From Chiloscyllium plagiosum (Eukaryota), in contig NC_057750.1 of assembly GCF_004010195.1 (NCBI RefSeq), positions 14,650,435-14,678,965 of the forward strand: a stretch of DNA of 28,531 nt, in the 5' to 3' direction. Shown here one piece after another: positions 1-10,662 of the stretch. Within the stretch, counting starts at the first letter, position 1, and each line of letters opens with the position of its first letter. The notes below the pieces were generated by a model. That model ran no database searches. It was not told where the DNA came from and saw only the letters and a program-made list of their open reading frames with translations. The translations under genes and the position numbers were made by a program.

Positions 1-722
1 TGAATGGTGGAGGGTAATCAAGCAACTCACCAGAGCAGAAGGCTCCACAAATATCCCCATCCTCAATAATGGGAGTGCCCAGTTCATCAGTGCAAAAGGT
101 AAGGCTGATGCATTTACACCAATCAGGTGCATGAGCCATTTTGGGCTCTTCCAGAGGTTCCCAGCATCGAACATGCCAGTCTTCAGCCAACTTGATTTGC
201 TCCAAGTGATATCAAGAAACTGTTGGAGGTACTGCAAGGGCTATGAACCCTGACAACATTCCAGCAATAGTACTAAAGATATATGCTCCAGAACTTTCCA
301 TAGCCCCAGCCAAGCTCTTCCAGTACAGTTACAACAGTGGCATCTATCTGACAATGTGGTAAATTGCCTAGGTATGTCATATACATAAAAAGCAGGTCAC
401 ATCCAACCCAATTACCACCGCAACAAGTCTACTCTCGGTCATTAGTAAAGTGATGGAAGGTGTCATTAACAGTGCTATCAAGCAGCATCTGCTCAGTAAT
501 AACCTGCTCACTCAGGTTTGGGCTCTGCCAGGGCCACTCAGCTCCTGATCTCATTGCAGCCTTTATTCAAACATGGACAAAAGAGCTGAATTCCAGAGGT
601 GAGGTAACAGTAACAGCCCTTGACATCAAGACCACAGTTGACTGCATGTTGCATCATGAAGCCCTAGCAAAACTGGAATCAATGGGAATGGGGTGGTGGG
701 AATCTCTCCAATGGTTGGAGTG
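1..722 (+). mobile_element. Decayed CR1-group non-LTR retrotransposon, reverse transcriptase fragment
   Basis: Frameshifted translation gives PDNIPAIVLK..APEL..AKLFQYSYNSGIY, SLLSVISKVMEGVINSAIKQHLLSNNLL, FGLCQGHSAPDLI and TALDIK, the N-terminal LINE RT motifs; stops and frameshifts present. Confidence 0.88.
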
Positions 723-817
723 CAAGCACTTCTACGGTAGCAAATGATTAATGTTTTAACATAGGTGGTGAGGTTCAGTGAATGAATCATCAAATGCACA
801 TTGTAATAACAACACCA

Positions 818-1012
818 ATATGTGACTCCAGATCCACAGCAATGTGGCTGCCTGTTAACTGACCTCTGAAATGGCCGAGCAAGTCACCCAGTGCTACTAA
901 AATTTAACAGAAAGGTTCAAACCAGGTGGACTGCAATTTTTTCAAAAAGGTACTTCACCACCACCATCTCAAGGGCTATTAGGGATAAACACCAAATCTG
1001 CTTTTCCCGGTG
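818..1012 (+). mobile_element. DeuSINE (SacSINE1-like) remnant, copy A
   Basis: atgtgactccagatccacagcaatgtgg..ttaactgacctctgaaatggccgagcaagtca resembles the Deu domain; followed by tail caccaccaccatctcaagggctattaggga similar to the LINE 3' end at 24570-24660. Confidence 0.7.
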
Positions 1013-1059
1013 AACACTACTTCTTAATTCAGCACATGGCACCCTCACTTTACTGACAA

Positions 1060-1370
1060 GTGGCAAAGTGGTTAACACTGCTGCCTCACAGCACCAGGGA
1101 CCCGGGTTTGGTTCCTACCTCGGGCCACTGTCTGTGTGGAGTTTGCACATTTTCCCCGTGTCTGTGTGGGTTTCCTCCGGATGCTCCAGTTTCCTCCCAC
1201 AGTCCAAAGGTGTGCGGATCAGGTGAACAGGCCATGCTAAATTGCCCAAAGTGCTAGGTCTATTAGTCAGGGTTAAATGTAGGGGAATGGGTCTGGGTGG
1301 GTTACTCTTCGGAGAGTCGGTGTGGACTGGTTGGGCCAGTTGGCCTGTTTCCACACTGTAGGGAATCTAA
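1060..1370 (+). mobile_element. HE1/V-SINE-type tRNA-derived SINE
   Basis: tRNA-like head (gtggcaaagtggttaacactgctgcctcacagc), V-domain gtggagtttgcac..gggtttcctccgg..ttcctcccacagtccaaag, CR1-derived tail ggcctgtttccacactgtagggaatcta. Confidence 0.92.
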
Positions 1371-1766
1371 CTACTATCAATCAGGACACATACCAACATT
1401 TCATCTCGCCCTCATACAATTAGCATTGTTCTAAGTGTCACACCAACAACGCACAGTTTGTGCCTTATCTATGGATCTAGAACTCCCACATCGACCAAAC
1501 AGATTGCACAACACGCATTGCTCAACTTTATTCTCTTCAACTCAGAACACCCGATTTAATCTCACTGGCCTCCAGGTCACAGCATTTCAAGTATGTTTGC
1601 ATATATTGTTCTCAATCCAAATCATTCAGAGTTTGTGCTTCCTCGTTACTTTCAGCCAGTGAGTCCAGACACACTACTGCACTACCTTCAAGGATTTCTC
1701 CATATTTCTCTCTATTTTCTGCATTAATTACTGTCAATCCATGACTCCTGCCTATTCACCGATCTG

Positions 1767-2187
1767 TCATAGAGTCATTGAGATGTACAGCATGGAAACA
1801 GACCCTTCGGTCCAACCCGTCCATGCCGACCAGATATCCCAACCCAATCTAGTCCCAACTGCCAGCACCTGGCCCACATCCCTCCAAACCCTTCCTATTC
1901 ACATACCCATCTAAATGCCTCTTAAATGTTGCAATTGTACCAGCCTTCACCNNNNNNNNNNNNNNNNNNNNNNNNNNNNNNTTCAGCCTCTCCCTGTAGC
2001 TCAGATCCTCCAACCCTGGCAACATCCTTGTAAATCTTTTCTGAACCCTTTCAGGTTTCACAACATCTTTCCGTTAGGAAGGAGACCAGAATTGCACGCA
2101 ATATTCCAACAGTGGCCTAACCAATGTCCTGTACAGCTGCAACATGACCTCCCAACTCCTGTACTCAATACTCTGACCAATAAAGGA
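1767..2187 (-). mobile_element. Young CR1 (HER1-like) LINE 3' end, containing an assembly gap
   Basis: Near-identical reverse complement of the copy at 18735-19294; encodes ERVQKRFTRMLPGLEDLSYRERL and TIATFKRHLDGY. Confidence 0.93.
1952..1981. other. Assembly gap (30 N)
   Basis: Run of 30 N. Confidence 1.
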
Positions 2188-2569
2188 ATGATAAGTGGGC
2201 CTAGTATCATGTCTAGCTCAGCCTATCATGACTTTAGTCATCTCAATAAATTTCTCCTTTGCCTGCTATACTCAAACATAAATAACACTTATTTATCTAA
2301 GCATCCTTCAGAGTTCAGACTGTCTATTCCCCACAACATGCTCATAAATCTCCTATGTACTATCTCCATTGCAGTCAGATTCTTCCGACAATCTGAGGAC
2401 CAGAACTGCACACAGTAATCTAACAGTTGATCAAGTGACCATCATTGCACAAGGTGCTGTAGCTGTTAATCTGGCTGTACACACCACTCTAGCTGTCAAT
2501 CTGATGAGCAGGATTTAACACAGCCATCCAGCTGTGAATCTGGCAACTGGGACTGTACACAAGGTGAGG

Positions 2570-3250
2570 TACTTCCCCTTGTCTCCCTTCTAATCTTTAC
2601 ACCTATTACATTTACACTGCGTCCCTTTGTTATTCACTGCTCAACTAAGAGAAAGAGGTTATTTGTTTCCACTCTAGCTAAGCCCCTCACAATTTAATTT
2701 TCTCTTCACCTCAATTTAATTTTCTCTTCACCAAAAAAAGAACCCAGTCTCTCCAATTTTTCTTCGGAACTTAAATTCTCAATTCCTGGCACATCTTCAT
2801 TTAATCTCGCCTAAACCATTTCTATGGCGAACGCATCCTTGTTGCGATGTGATGACCAGAGTACTTTAGCTGTGGGTGAACTCATGGCTTTGGCAGGTCT
2901 TTCATATCCTCCATTTTGTATTGTTAGGACAATGAAGGAAAGTATTCAGTCTGCTTTCTAGAACACCTTACTTACCTATCCTACTAACTCAAGGGATTTA
3001 TGGACCTGCATTCCAAAGTCCCTTTGCTCTTCTACTCTCTCTATCCAGCTACTTACTGTACCACCCATTGCCTAGTTTACCTCCCCATATCCATTACCTC
3101 TCCTTCATTTTCTGCTCAGCTGACCAGCCCATTAATATCTTCCTAGAGTCTTCAGATTACTTCCTCACTGTCAAGCACATGACTAATTCTCATACAGTCT
3201 ATCAATTTCCAAATCTAGCCCCTTACATCTGAGTCCAAATTATCCATACA
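2570..3250 (-). mobile_element. Old, heavily decayed CR1 LINE 3' portion
   Basis: Recognisable antisense CR1 blocks (cctggcacatctt, catccttgttgcgatgtgatgaccaga, ttatggacctgcattccaaagtccctttgctc). Confidence 0.6.
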
Positions 3251-3279
3251 TAAAGTTGTCATAATCCAGTTTGACCATG

Positions 3280-3455
3280 GGGTTAGTCTCTCAGTAGAGA
3301 GAGATGACTGGTGGTGGTTTAACCCTGAGTGTTACCACACCTCAAGCAAGGGGAGAGACTGAGAAGGAATGTCCAGTGGTGCAGAAATTGAACTACTCAC
3401 AATATTGGCATCACACTGCATCGCAAACTAATCATCCGGCCAACTGAGCTAACCT
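3280..3455 (-). mobile_element. tRNA-derived SINE of a second family
   Basis: Minus strand begins ggttagctcagttggccggatg (A box) with a degenerate B box agttcaatttc, then a non-tRNA body. Confidence 0.7.
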
Positions 3456-3611
3456 CCTTCTGAATATATTTTAAGAATTCTTTGCAATGAATTTTTGTAA
3501 ACTCATGCCAGCATTGTAGCCACTTGTACTTTGATCTGACTAATGTCTTCAAGTGAAAGTTCAGGTCAGTGAAAGCAACATCAAATGCACATTCAACCCA
3601 TGGCACTACTG

Positions 3612-3830
3612 CCCTACATGTGACTCCAGCCCCACAGTAATTTGGATGACTCTTAACTGATCTCTGAAATGGCCCTGTGAGTCAGCCAGAAGTACTGAAA
3701 TGCAACAGAAATCTCAAACCAGATGCACCACAACAGTTCATGGAGGTGCTTCACCACCAATTCCAGGACATTTCAGCGATGGACAACAAATGCTGTCATT
3801 TTCAGTGATGCCCACCTCCTGTGAAAAATC
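3612..3830 (+). mobile_element. DeuSINE (SacSINE1-like) remnant, copy B
   Basis: ccctacatgtgactccagcccacag..gactcttaactgatctctgaaatggcc plus LINE-like tail ending gatgcccacctcctgtgaaaaat. Confidence 0.72.
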
Positions 3831-4315
3831 ATTTTTAAACGTCTGTCCTCAATTCACCACAATTTCCTCCTATTCTACTGAGAATCATTATCAATCTAGA
3901 CACGCATCTAACAGTCATTCGTTTCCACTCACCCTCATACAATCAGCAGTGTTGCATGTGTCAAACCCAAATCTCACAACTTGTGTGCCAACTATTTGAC
4001 AGGCCACCTACAATACTCAAATCACACTGCACAACACTCACTCCTAAAGAGATAATTCTGCAATGGTGCCTGCGAATTGGATGTTTATAAATGTTGACCT
4101 CACTGTTTAAGAAAGGAAAGAAAGGAAATGTAGGACTGTAAGCCTATACTCTTGATGTCAGTAGTTGGGTAAATACTAGAATCTATTATAAAGGATGTGA
4201 TTATTGGATATTAAAAGTCATTGATTGTACAGAGCCAAACCAGATTTATAAAGAGGGAATCTTTTCTTTGAGGACGTTGTGAACAGAATCAGTAAGGATG
4301 AACCAGTGGATGACT

Positions 4316-4600
4316 TCTTTTTTCAATTCATTCAGCTAACGTGGACTCCGTTGGCTGGACTAACACTTACTGCCATCTCTAATTTACCCAGGAGAAGGTG
4401 TTGGTGAGCTGCCATCTTAACTACTGCAGTCAATTTGGTGTAGGTAGACCCACAGTACAGTTAGGTAGGAGTTCCAGAACTTTGTACCAGCAACAGTGAA
4501 GGAAAGACAATATATTTCTATGTCAAGATGTTATGTGGCTTAGAGGGGACTTGCAGGTGCTGGTGTTCCTATACACTGGCTGCCTTTGTTCTTCTGGATG
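4316..4600 (-). mobile_element. 3' end of a second CR1-group LINE family
   Basis: Reverse complement resembles 24360-24666; T-rich end at 4316-4330; splits the host CR1 between gtggatg and tatttagattttcag. Confidence 0.78.
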
Positions 4601-4823
4601 GAGTATTTAGATTTTCAGAACGCTTCTGATAAAGTGCCACAGGGAAGTTTAGGAAATAAAATTAAAGCTCTTGGGATTGGGGATGATATATTAAGCATAC
4701 ATAGAGGATTAGTTAACAGGAGGCAAGTACATGGCAGATGGAACATAATGTAGATAACATCACATTTATCCACTTTGATAGCAGGAATGGAGGTGCAGAG
4801 TACTTCTTAAATCGGTAAATGAC

Positions 4824-5138
4824 GGCACGGGTGGCACGGTGGTTAGCACTGTAGCCTCACAGTGCCAGAGACTCGGGTTCAATTCCCGCCTCAGGCGACT
4901 GGCTGTGTGAAGTTTGCACGTTCTCCCTGTGTCTGCGTGGGTTTCCTCCTGATGCTCCGGTTTCCTCCCACAGTCCAAAGGTGTGCAGGTCAGGTGAATT
5001 GGCCATGCTAAATTGCCCATAGTGTTAGGTGAAGGGGTAATTGTAGGGGAATGGGTCTGGGTGGGTTGCTCTTCGGAGGGTCAGTGTGGACTTGTTGGGC
5101 CGAAGAGCCTGTTTCCACACCGTAAGTAATCTAATCTA
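4824..5138 (+). mobile_element. Full-length HE1/V-SINE-type SINE
   Basis: A box tggcacggtgg, B box ggttcaattcc (4877-4887), V-domain, tail ending aatctaatcta. Confidence 0.95.
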
Positions 5139-5630
5139 AATGGTGAGAGATTGGACAGTGGTGTCTAATTGGACCTGGGTGACCTTGTTCATACTCCACT
5201 GTTCATACAGAGCAGTAAGCAATTAAGAAGTCAACTGGTATGCTAGCCTTTATCGCAAGAGGATTAGAATGTAGCAACAAAGAAGTCTTGCTTCAATTGC
5301 ATAGAAGACTGGAGACATTTCACAAGAGTATTGTGTGTAGCTGTGGTCCCTTTTCCTAAGGGAGGATGTACTTCAGGGAACAGGGAATCACCAGACTGTT
5401 AACTTGGGATGGTGGAATTATTCCATGAGGAGACTGGGCCTCTATTCCCTGGAGCTTAGAAAAATTAGGTGATCTGAAGAAACTTAATAGATTCATAGTG
5501 AGGCAGACAGAAGAGATACAACAAGAATGTTTCCCTTTGACTGTAAGGTCTAGACCCAGAGGCACAATCTAAGAATTACATGCAAGCCACTCAGGACTGA
5601 GATGAGGGGAAAGTTTGTCATTCACAACAT

Positions 5631-5958
5631 TTGATAGATGCATAGAATCCCTACAGTGTGGATCATTGATAGATGCATAGAATCTCTACAGTGTGGAAAC
5701 AAGCCATTCGGCCCAACAAACCCACACAGACCTTCCGATGAGTAACTACCCAGACGCATTCCCCTATCCCTATTACTCTACATTTACTCCTGACTAATGC
5801 ACCTAACCTACACATCCCTGAACACTATGGGCAATTTAGCATGGCCAATTCACCCTAACCTGCACATCTTTGGATTATGGCCGGAAACTGGAGCACCCAG
5901 AGGAAACCCACCTCAATACGGGGAGAACGTGCAAACTCTGCCCAGACAGTCGCCCAAG
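5631..5958 (-). mobile_element. 5'-truncated HE1/V-SINE-type SINE with duplicated 3' terminus
   Basis: Antisense V-domain (gggcaatttagcatggccaattcacc..gcaaactc); tRNA head absent; 35-bp period repeat at 5631-5697. Confidence 0.9.
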
Positions 5959-6238
5959 ATGGCGAATCTTTGGAATTCTCTACTCCAGAGGATTATGGAT
6001 GCTAAGCTATTGAGTATATTCAAAACAAAGTTCAATAGATTTTTAAATGTTCATTTCACCAAGGCGGAATATAGCATTGAGGTTGATTGTCAACCATGAT
6101 CTAAAATGGAAGGACAGGCTTGAGGAGCTGAGCTGCCTTCTCCTGCCCTTATATTCATAATTATTTCACCACTTAATTTTACACTATATCCCCTGGTTAT
6201 TAACTGGTCTAAAAATAGAAAGACATCCTCCTTATCCA

Positions 6239-6415
6239 GGCAGGAGTGAGAACTGCAGATGCTGGAGATTAGAGTCAAGATTAGAGTGGTGCTGGAAAAG
6301 CACAGGTCAGGCAGCATCCGAGGATGAAGGGCTTTTGCCTGAAATATCGATTCTCCTGCTCCTCAGATTCTGCCTGACCTGCTGTGCTTTTCCAGCACCA
6401 CAGTAATCTTGACTT
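6239..6415 (+). mobile_element. Short non-autonomous fold-back retroelement, probably Penelope-derived, with a decayed hammerhead core
   Basis: Inverted arms (agtcaagatta..gtggtgctggaaaagcacag / ctgtgcttttccagcaccac..taatcttgact), apex gatgaagggcttttgcctgaaatatc, perfect 15-bp TSD catcctccttatcca at 6224-6238 and 6416-6430. Confidence 0.82.
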
Positions 6416-6717
6416 CATCCTCCTTATCCACTCAAACATGGTCCCTCACAGCATCAATGTTAAAGTGCTCTCCAACTGGTACGCCTTCCTTCTATACAGA
6501 ACCTTTCCTCAAAATTAAATTTCTAATCATAATTTTCTTTGTTGAATTTGTATCAAACTGACTATAAAAATCCTCCCCAAAACATTTAAGAATATAAAAT
6601 ACATTTCTTCCTGAAATTGTCCCAGTTAATGTCAATAGGGTAGTTGCTCATGCCTTCATGTGGTTTCAGAAGGTTAATGTCTGAAAAGGACCATTGAAGA
6701 TCAGTGATTGCAGAATC

Positions 6718-6865
6718 AGAGGTTCCCTCTATTTTCTCCAGCCATTCTATGAACCTCTGAGGTCTATGCACAGCAATGGCTGGAAAAGAACTGAAAATGA
6801 ATGTATCGGGATGCCAATAAGCCGTGCAGGCGCTTGAACAACTGTGCAGCTTTGAGGAAACATTG
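6718..6865. mobile_element. Possible decayed MITE
   Basis: Ends gttccctcta (6722-6731) and tttgaggaaacattg (6851-6865) are imperfect inverted repeats; the segment interrupts the third copy of the triplicated unit. Confidence 0.35.
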
Positions 6866-6990
6866 CTAGCAAGTCAGCTAGTGGTACCAGAACGTTTAAT
6901 CAGATGGATAACACCATCATCATCTCAAGGGCAGTCAGGGACTGGCAACAAATGTTGGCTTTTCCAGTGATCTCCATGTTCCGTGTGGAA
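6866..6990 (+). mobile_element. DeuSINE remnant, copy C
   Basis: ctagcaagtca then caccatcatcatctcaagggcagtcagggactggcaacaaatgttggc, the same tail as copies A and B. Confidence 0.65.
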
Positions 6991-7289
6991 ATATTTGTCA
7001 AAGACCAGCTTCTTAATTCAGCACATACCACTCTCATTCCACCAACAATCACTTTCGCATAATTAACAATCATTCATTTCATCTTACCCTCAAGCAATCA
7101 GCATTGTTGTATACCACATCCATGTCTCAAGAGAAAATTGTGTGGCAACTATTCAATAAGGACATCCACATCATCCAAACAGATTGCACAACATTCACAG
7201 CTGAACTTCCTTCTATTGAAGGAGACGTTGTCACACAACTAACCCGTATGGTTCAATCTCATCTTTCCCGCTCATAGTTCTATCGCAGT

Positions 7290-7760
7290 AGGTTACAATT
7301 CAAATATATTTCCAAATATCTTTTCAATGCAAAGAGGGTTTGTATTTCTCTCACCCCTTCTCTCAAGTTCCAGAACTCTACTGTCCTTAGAGTGAAGGAT
7401 TTTTCATCTCCGCACCACTCCTTGCACAAATTACTTTTATTTTATGTACCCTTGTTTTTGACTGCTCTGTTACTGGCAAGAGGCCCTTCCTATTTGCTTT
7501 AACTTGACCCTGTAGCTCCTCTAAATAAAACAACCCTTTAGTCAATCTTTCCTCAGAGCTCAAGATCTATTTTTCCAGCAACATGCTAGTAATCCTCCAC
7601 TGTTTCATCTCTAATGAAATCACATCCTTCTTATGATGTTGTGACTAGAAATGGCTGCAGTAGTCCAACATAGTTGTTTTTATATGGTTCTAGCATAAGT
7701 ATCCTGCTTTTATTCTCTATACCTCAACCATTTTAAAAAAAGCATGTCGATTTGACCATG
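7290..7760 (-). mobile_element. Old CR1 3' fragment
   Basis: Antisense CR1 blocks (agttccagaactctactgtcc, cacatccttcttatgatgttgtgactagaaatggctgcagtagtcca). Confidence 0.6.
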
Positions 7761-8004
7761 TTATCTACCTTCACTTGCAACCTCAGCAATCTCTTACTAT
7801 GAAGATCTTAATATAATATAATTATTTTTAGAACTCAGGTTTTAAAGTGGACCAGGAATGGATTTACTTCAATGAAGGGGCTCAGGTCTGAACCCAGTGG
7901 AATCAAACAGAAAACCATGTATTTACAATAATCCTTTGCTTCTCATCACTGAGCCACTTTGAACTCAAATTTCCATTTTCCATGAGTCCATGAGATTTAT
8001 ATTT

Positions 8005-8590
8005 CTTGGGATCTCATCAAAAGCCTTACTAAAATCCATGTGGACCACATTAACATACCATCATCATGAAACTCCTTGTCACCTCCTTGAAGACTTCAAA
8101 CAAGTTAGTCAGATATGACATCCACTCAACAATTTACCCTCCTGAATGAATTCATTCTTTTCTAAAGGGCAATTCTTTAAATGATTCTCTCAGAATTTTT
8201 CCAACAACGCTACCATTAAGGATCAGGCTGTACTGACTAGGCATGTCTCTCCCGCTTCCTATAAACAACAATACAATGTTCGCTGTCCTCCCACATCAGA
8301 TTTCTAGCCAACACAGTTTGGAAATAATGGTCAAAATTACTATCATTTCTTCTTCTGCTACTCTTAGCAGCTTAGAATATATTTCAATTGGGTCTGGTGT
8401 TTTATCCACTTCTAGGAATGCTAAAATCTTAATATTTCTCTCTCAATCTGTTATCCCATCCGACATTTCAAACTCATCCTTAAACTCAGTGTATAACTCA
8501 ACCCTTTCTTTTGTGAAGACAAATGCAAAATATACCATCAGGATCATGTCTACATTTTCTGCCTCCACACACAGGTTACCTCATTAGTCT
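8005..8590 (-). mobile_element. Old CR1 RT fragment
   Basis: Minus strand reads VVHMDFSKAFDEIP near 8007-8048; upstream RT motifs are decayed. Confidence 0.75.
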
Positions 8591-9139
8591 CTAATTTCCT
8601 CTAATCTTCAGCCATTAGTCAATTTTGTGGCTGTGGCAAGGTGGATGAACTGCCTCTATGTTCATCCAGCTCTTTGACCTTTGTGTGCTCCCCACATATT
8701 GAGCGTGAACAGTCTTGTATCAAATTGTCAAATGATCTGATCTTGTAATGGCCTGATGGGGTCAGTTGCCTAGCCTTCCAGTGAACACTGTTACCTGAGG
8801 AACAGAAATCCTGAGGTTATTGGGTATGATTGGCTCCCCAACTCTTGAAGTGAGGAGGCACTTCACTGTAGCACATTTGCCTCTGATATTAATAAGTGTT
8901 GCCAGTGAGTGAGTTGAGCTGTCACCAGTCCACTTATCCTTATGTTTCATCACAGTGTATGAATGGATATCAAACTAAGGAACTACAATGCAGGCATTTT
9001 AGAAACATGTGACTGGAGAAGTATCCTCTGGCATTGCCATTTAGCTTGGCTCCTTCACTTACTTGACAAGTCTTGAGGGAAGAGATGCTCAGTATCTATC
9101 ATATAGTGATAGTATTGCTTCAGGAGTCACTTATAGTGT

Positions 9140-10239
9140 TCTAGAGATGTACAGCACAGAAATGCACCCTTTGGCCTAACATGTCTTGCCGACCAGATAT
9201 TCTAAATGAATCTAGACCCATTTGCCAGTATTTGGCTCATATCCCTCTAAACCCTTCCTATTCATGTATCCATCCTGATGTCTTTTAAATGTTGTAATTG
9301 TACCAGCCTCCAACACCTCCTCTGGAAGCTCATTCCATACATCCCTTTTGTATGAAAAAGTTGTCCTTTAGGTCCCCTTTAAATAATTTCCCTCTCACCT
9401 TAAACCTGTGCTCTCTAATTTTGGACTCCCCTACCCTGGGGGAAAGACCTTGGTTACTCACCCTATCCATGCCCCTCATGATTTTATGAACCTGTGTAAG
9501 GACGCCCCTCAGCCTCCAACACTCCAGGGAAAATATCCCCAACCTGTTCAGCCTCTTCAGAGAGCTGAAACCCTCCAACCCTGGCAACATTCTTGTAAAT
9601 TCTTTTCTGAACCCTTTCAAGTTTCACATCTTTCGTATAGCAGGGAAACCACAAATGAACGCAGTATTCCAAAGTGACCTAACCAATATCCTATACAGCC
9701 GCAACATGACATTGCAACTCCTAAACTCAATGCACTGGCCAATAAAGCAAGAGTATCTAATACCTTTTTCACTACACCCTATGACTCCACTTTCAAGGAA
9801 CTATGAACCTTCACCCCTTGGTCTCTGTGTTTTGCAACACTCCCCAGGATCTTACCAGAAAGTGTATACGTCCTGCCCTGATTTGCCTTACCAAATTGCA
9901 GCATCTCACATTTATCTAAATTAAACTCTACCTGCCACTCCCCGGCCCATTAGCCCATCGGATCAAGTTCCCATTGCACTCTGAGGTAACTTTCTTTGCT
10001 GTAACGACACCACAAACTTTGGTGTCATCTGCAAACTTACTAACCATGCCTTCTATATCCACATCCAAATTATTTACATAAATGTCAAAAAGCTGTGGAC
10101 CCAGCACCGATCCTTGTGGCGCAATGCTGGTCACAGGCCTCCAGTCTAAAAAACAACCCTCCACCACAACCCTCTGTCTCCTACATTTTAGTCAGTTCTG
10201 TATCCAAATGGCTAGCTCTCCCTGTAATCCATGTGATTT
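9140..10239 (-). mobile_element. CR1 LINE 3' half, continuing at 15336-15880 across the L1 insertion
   Basis: WRPVTSIAPQGSVLGPQLF, SKFADDTK, EYCVHLWFP, LERVQKR; CR1 3' terminal motif near 9140-9200. Confidence 0.93.
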
Positions 10240-10662
10240 TTGGAAAATATATTTTTATTGAAAAATATATTTTTATTGCAAAATAGATTTTTTAATGTTA
10301 CAACAAATACAAACAATACAAAGAAAGAACACCAAAAAATGTAAAAAAAACCCAAACTACCCTCATGTACAAATGTATAAGTACATAGAGAAAAATATGT
10401 ATATAAAAAAACCCAACTAACTGCTTAACTGAATAAATAATAACCAACAACAAACTAATAAATAATGATAACTCAGCTCAGCCAAACAAAACACACTCTC
10501 GAATATCGAGAACATTAGTTTTCACATATTCATATGTTTGCAGTTCCCCGTCTCTGGATATTGGACTCATAAAGCACAATCGTTATGGCTATATAAAGCC
10601 CTGTATTAGTGTGGCAGACAAATCTGTGTCCAGGCATTCTAATAAGGGCTGCCGTGTCTTAT

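Larger units (their letters stand above)
4050..6160 (+). mobile_element. Old CR1 LINE (RT to 3' end) interrupted by three younger insertions
   Basis: Colinear pieces: VVGxILESIIKDV (about 4160), YLDFQNASDKVP (4604), 3' region ANLWNSLLQRIMDAKLLSIFKTKFNRFL (about 5960) and terminal stem region near 6115-6155. Confidence 0.82.

Noticed and set aside
1060..1354. ORFs overlapping SINEs (also 4766-5020, 5797-6099, 21174-21371, 27186-27395)
   Set aside because: The recurring peptides (MGNLAWPIHL, CGRKPEHPEETH) are chance translations of the non-coding SINE consensus
2461..2542. CRISPR-like array
   Set aside because: Only three 13-bp degenerate repeats with short unequal spacers, in vertebrate DNA with no cas genes
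4824..4895. tRNA gene
   Set aside because: A and B boxes are present but run straight into the SINE body; this is a SINE head, as at 3380-3455
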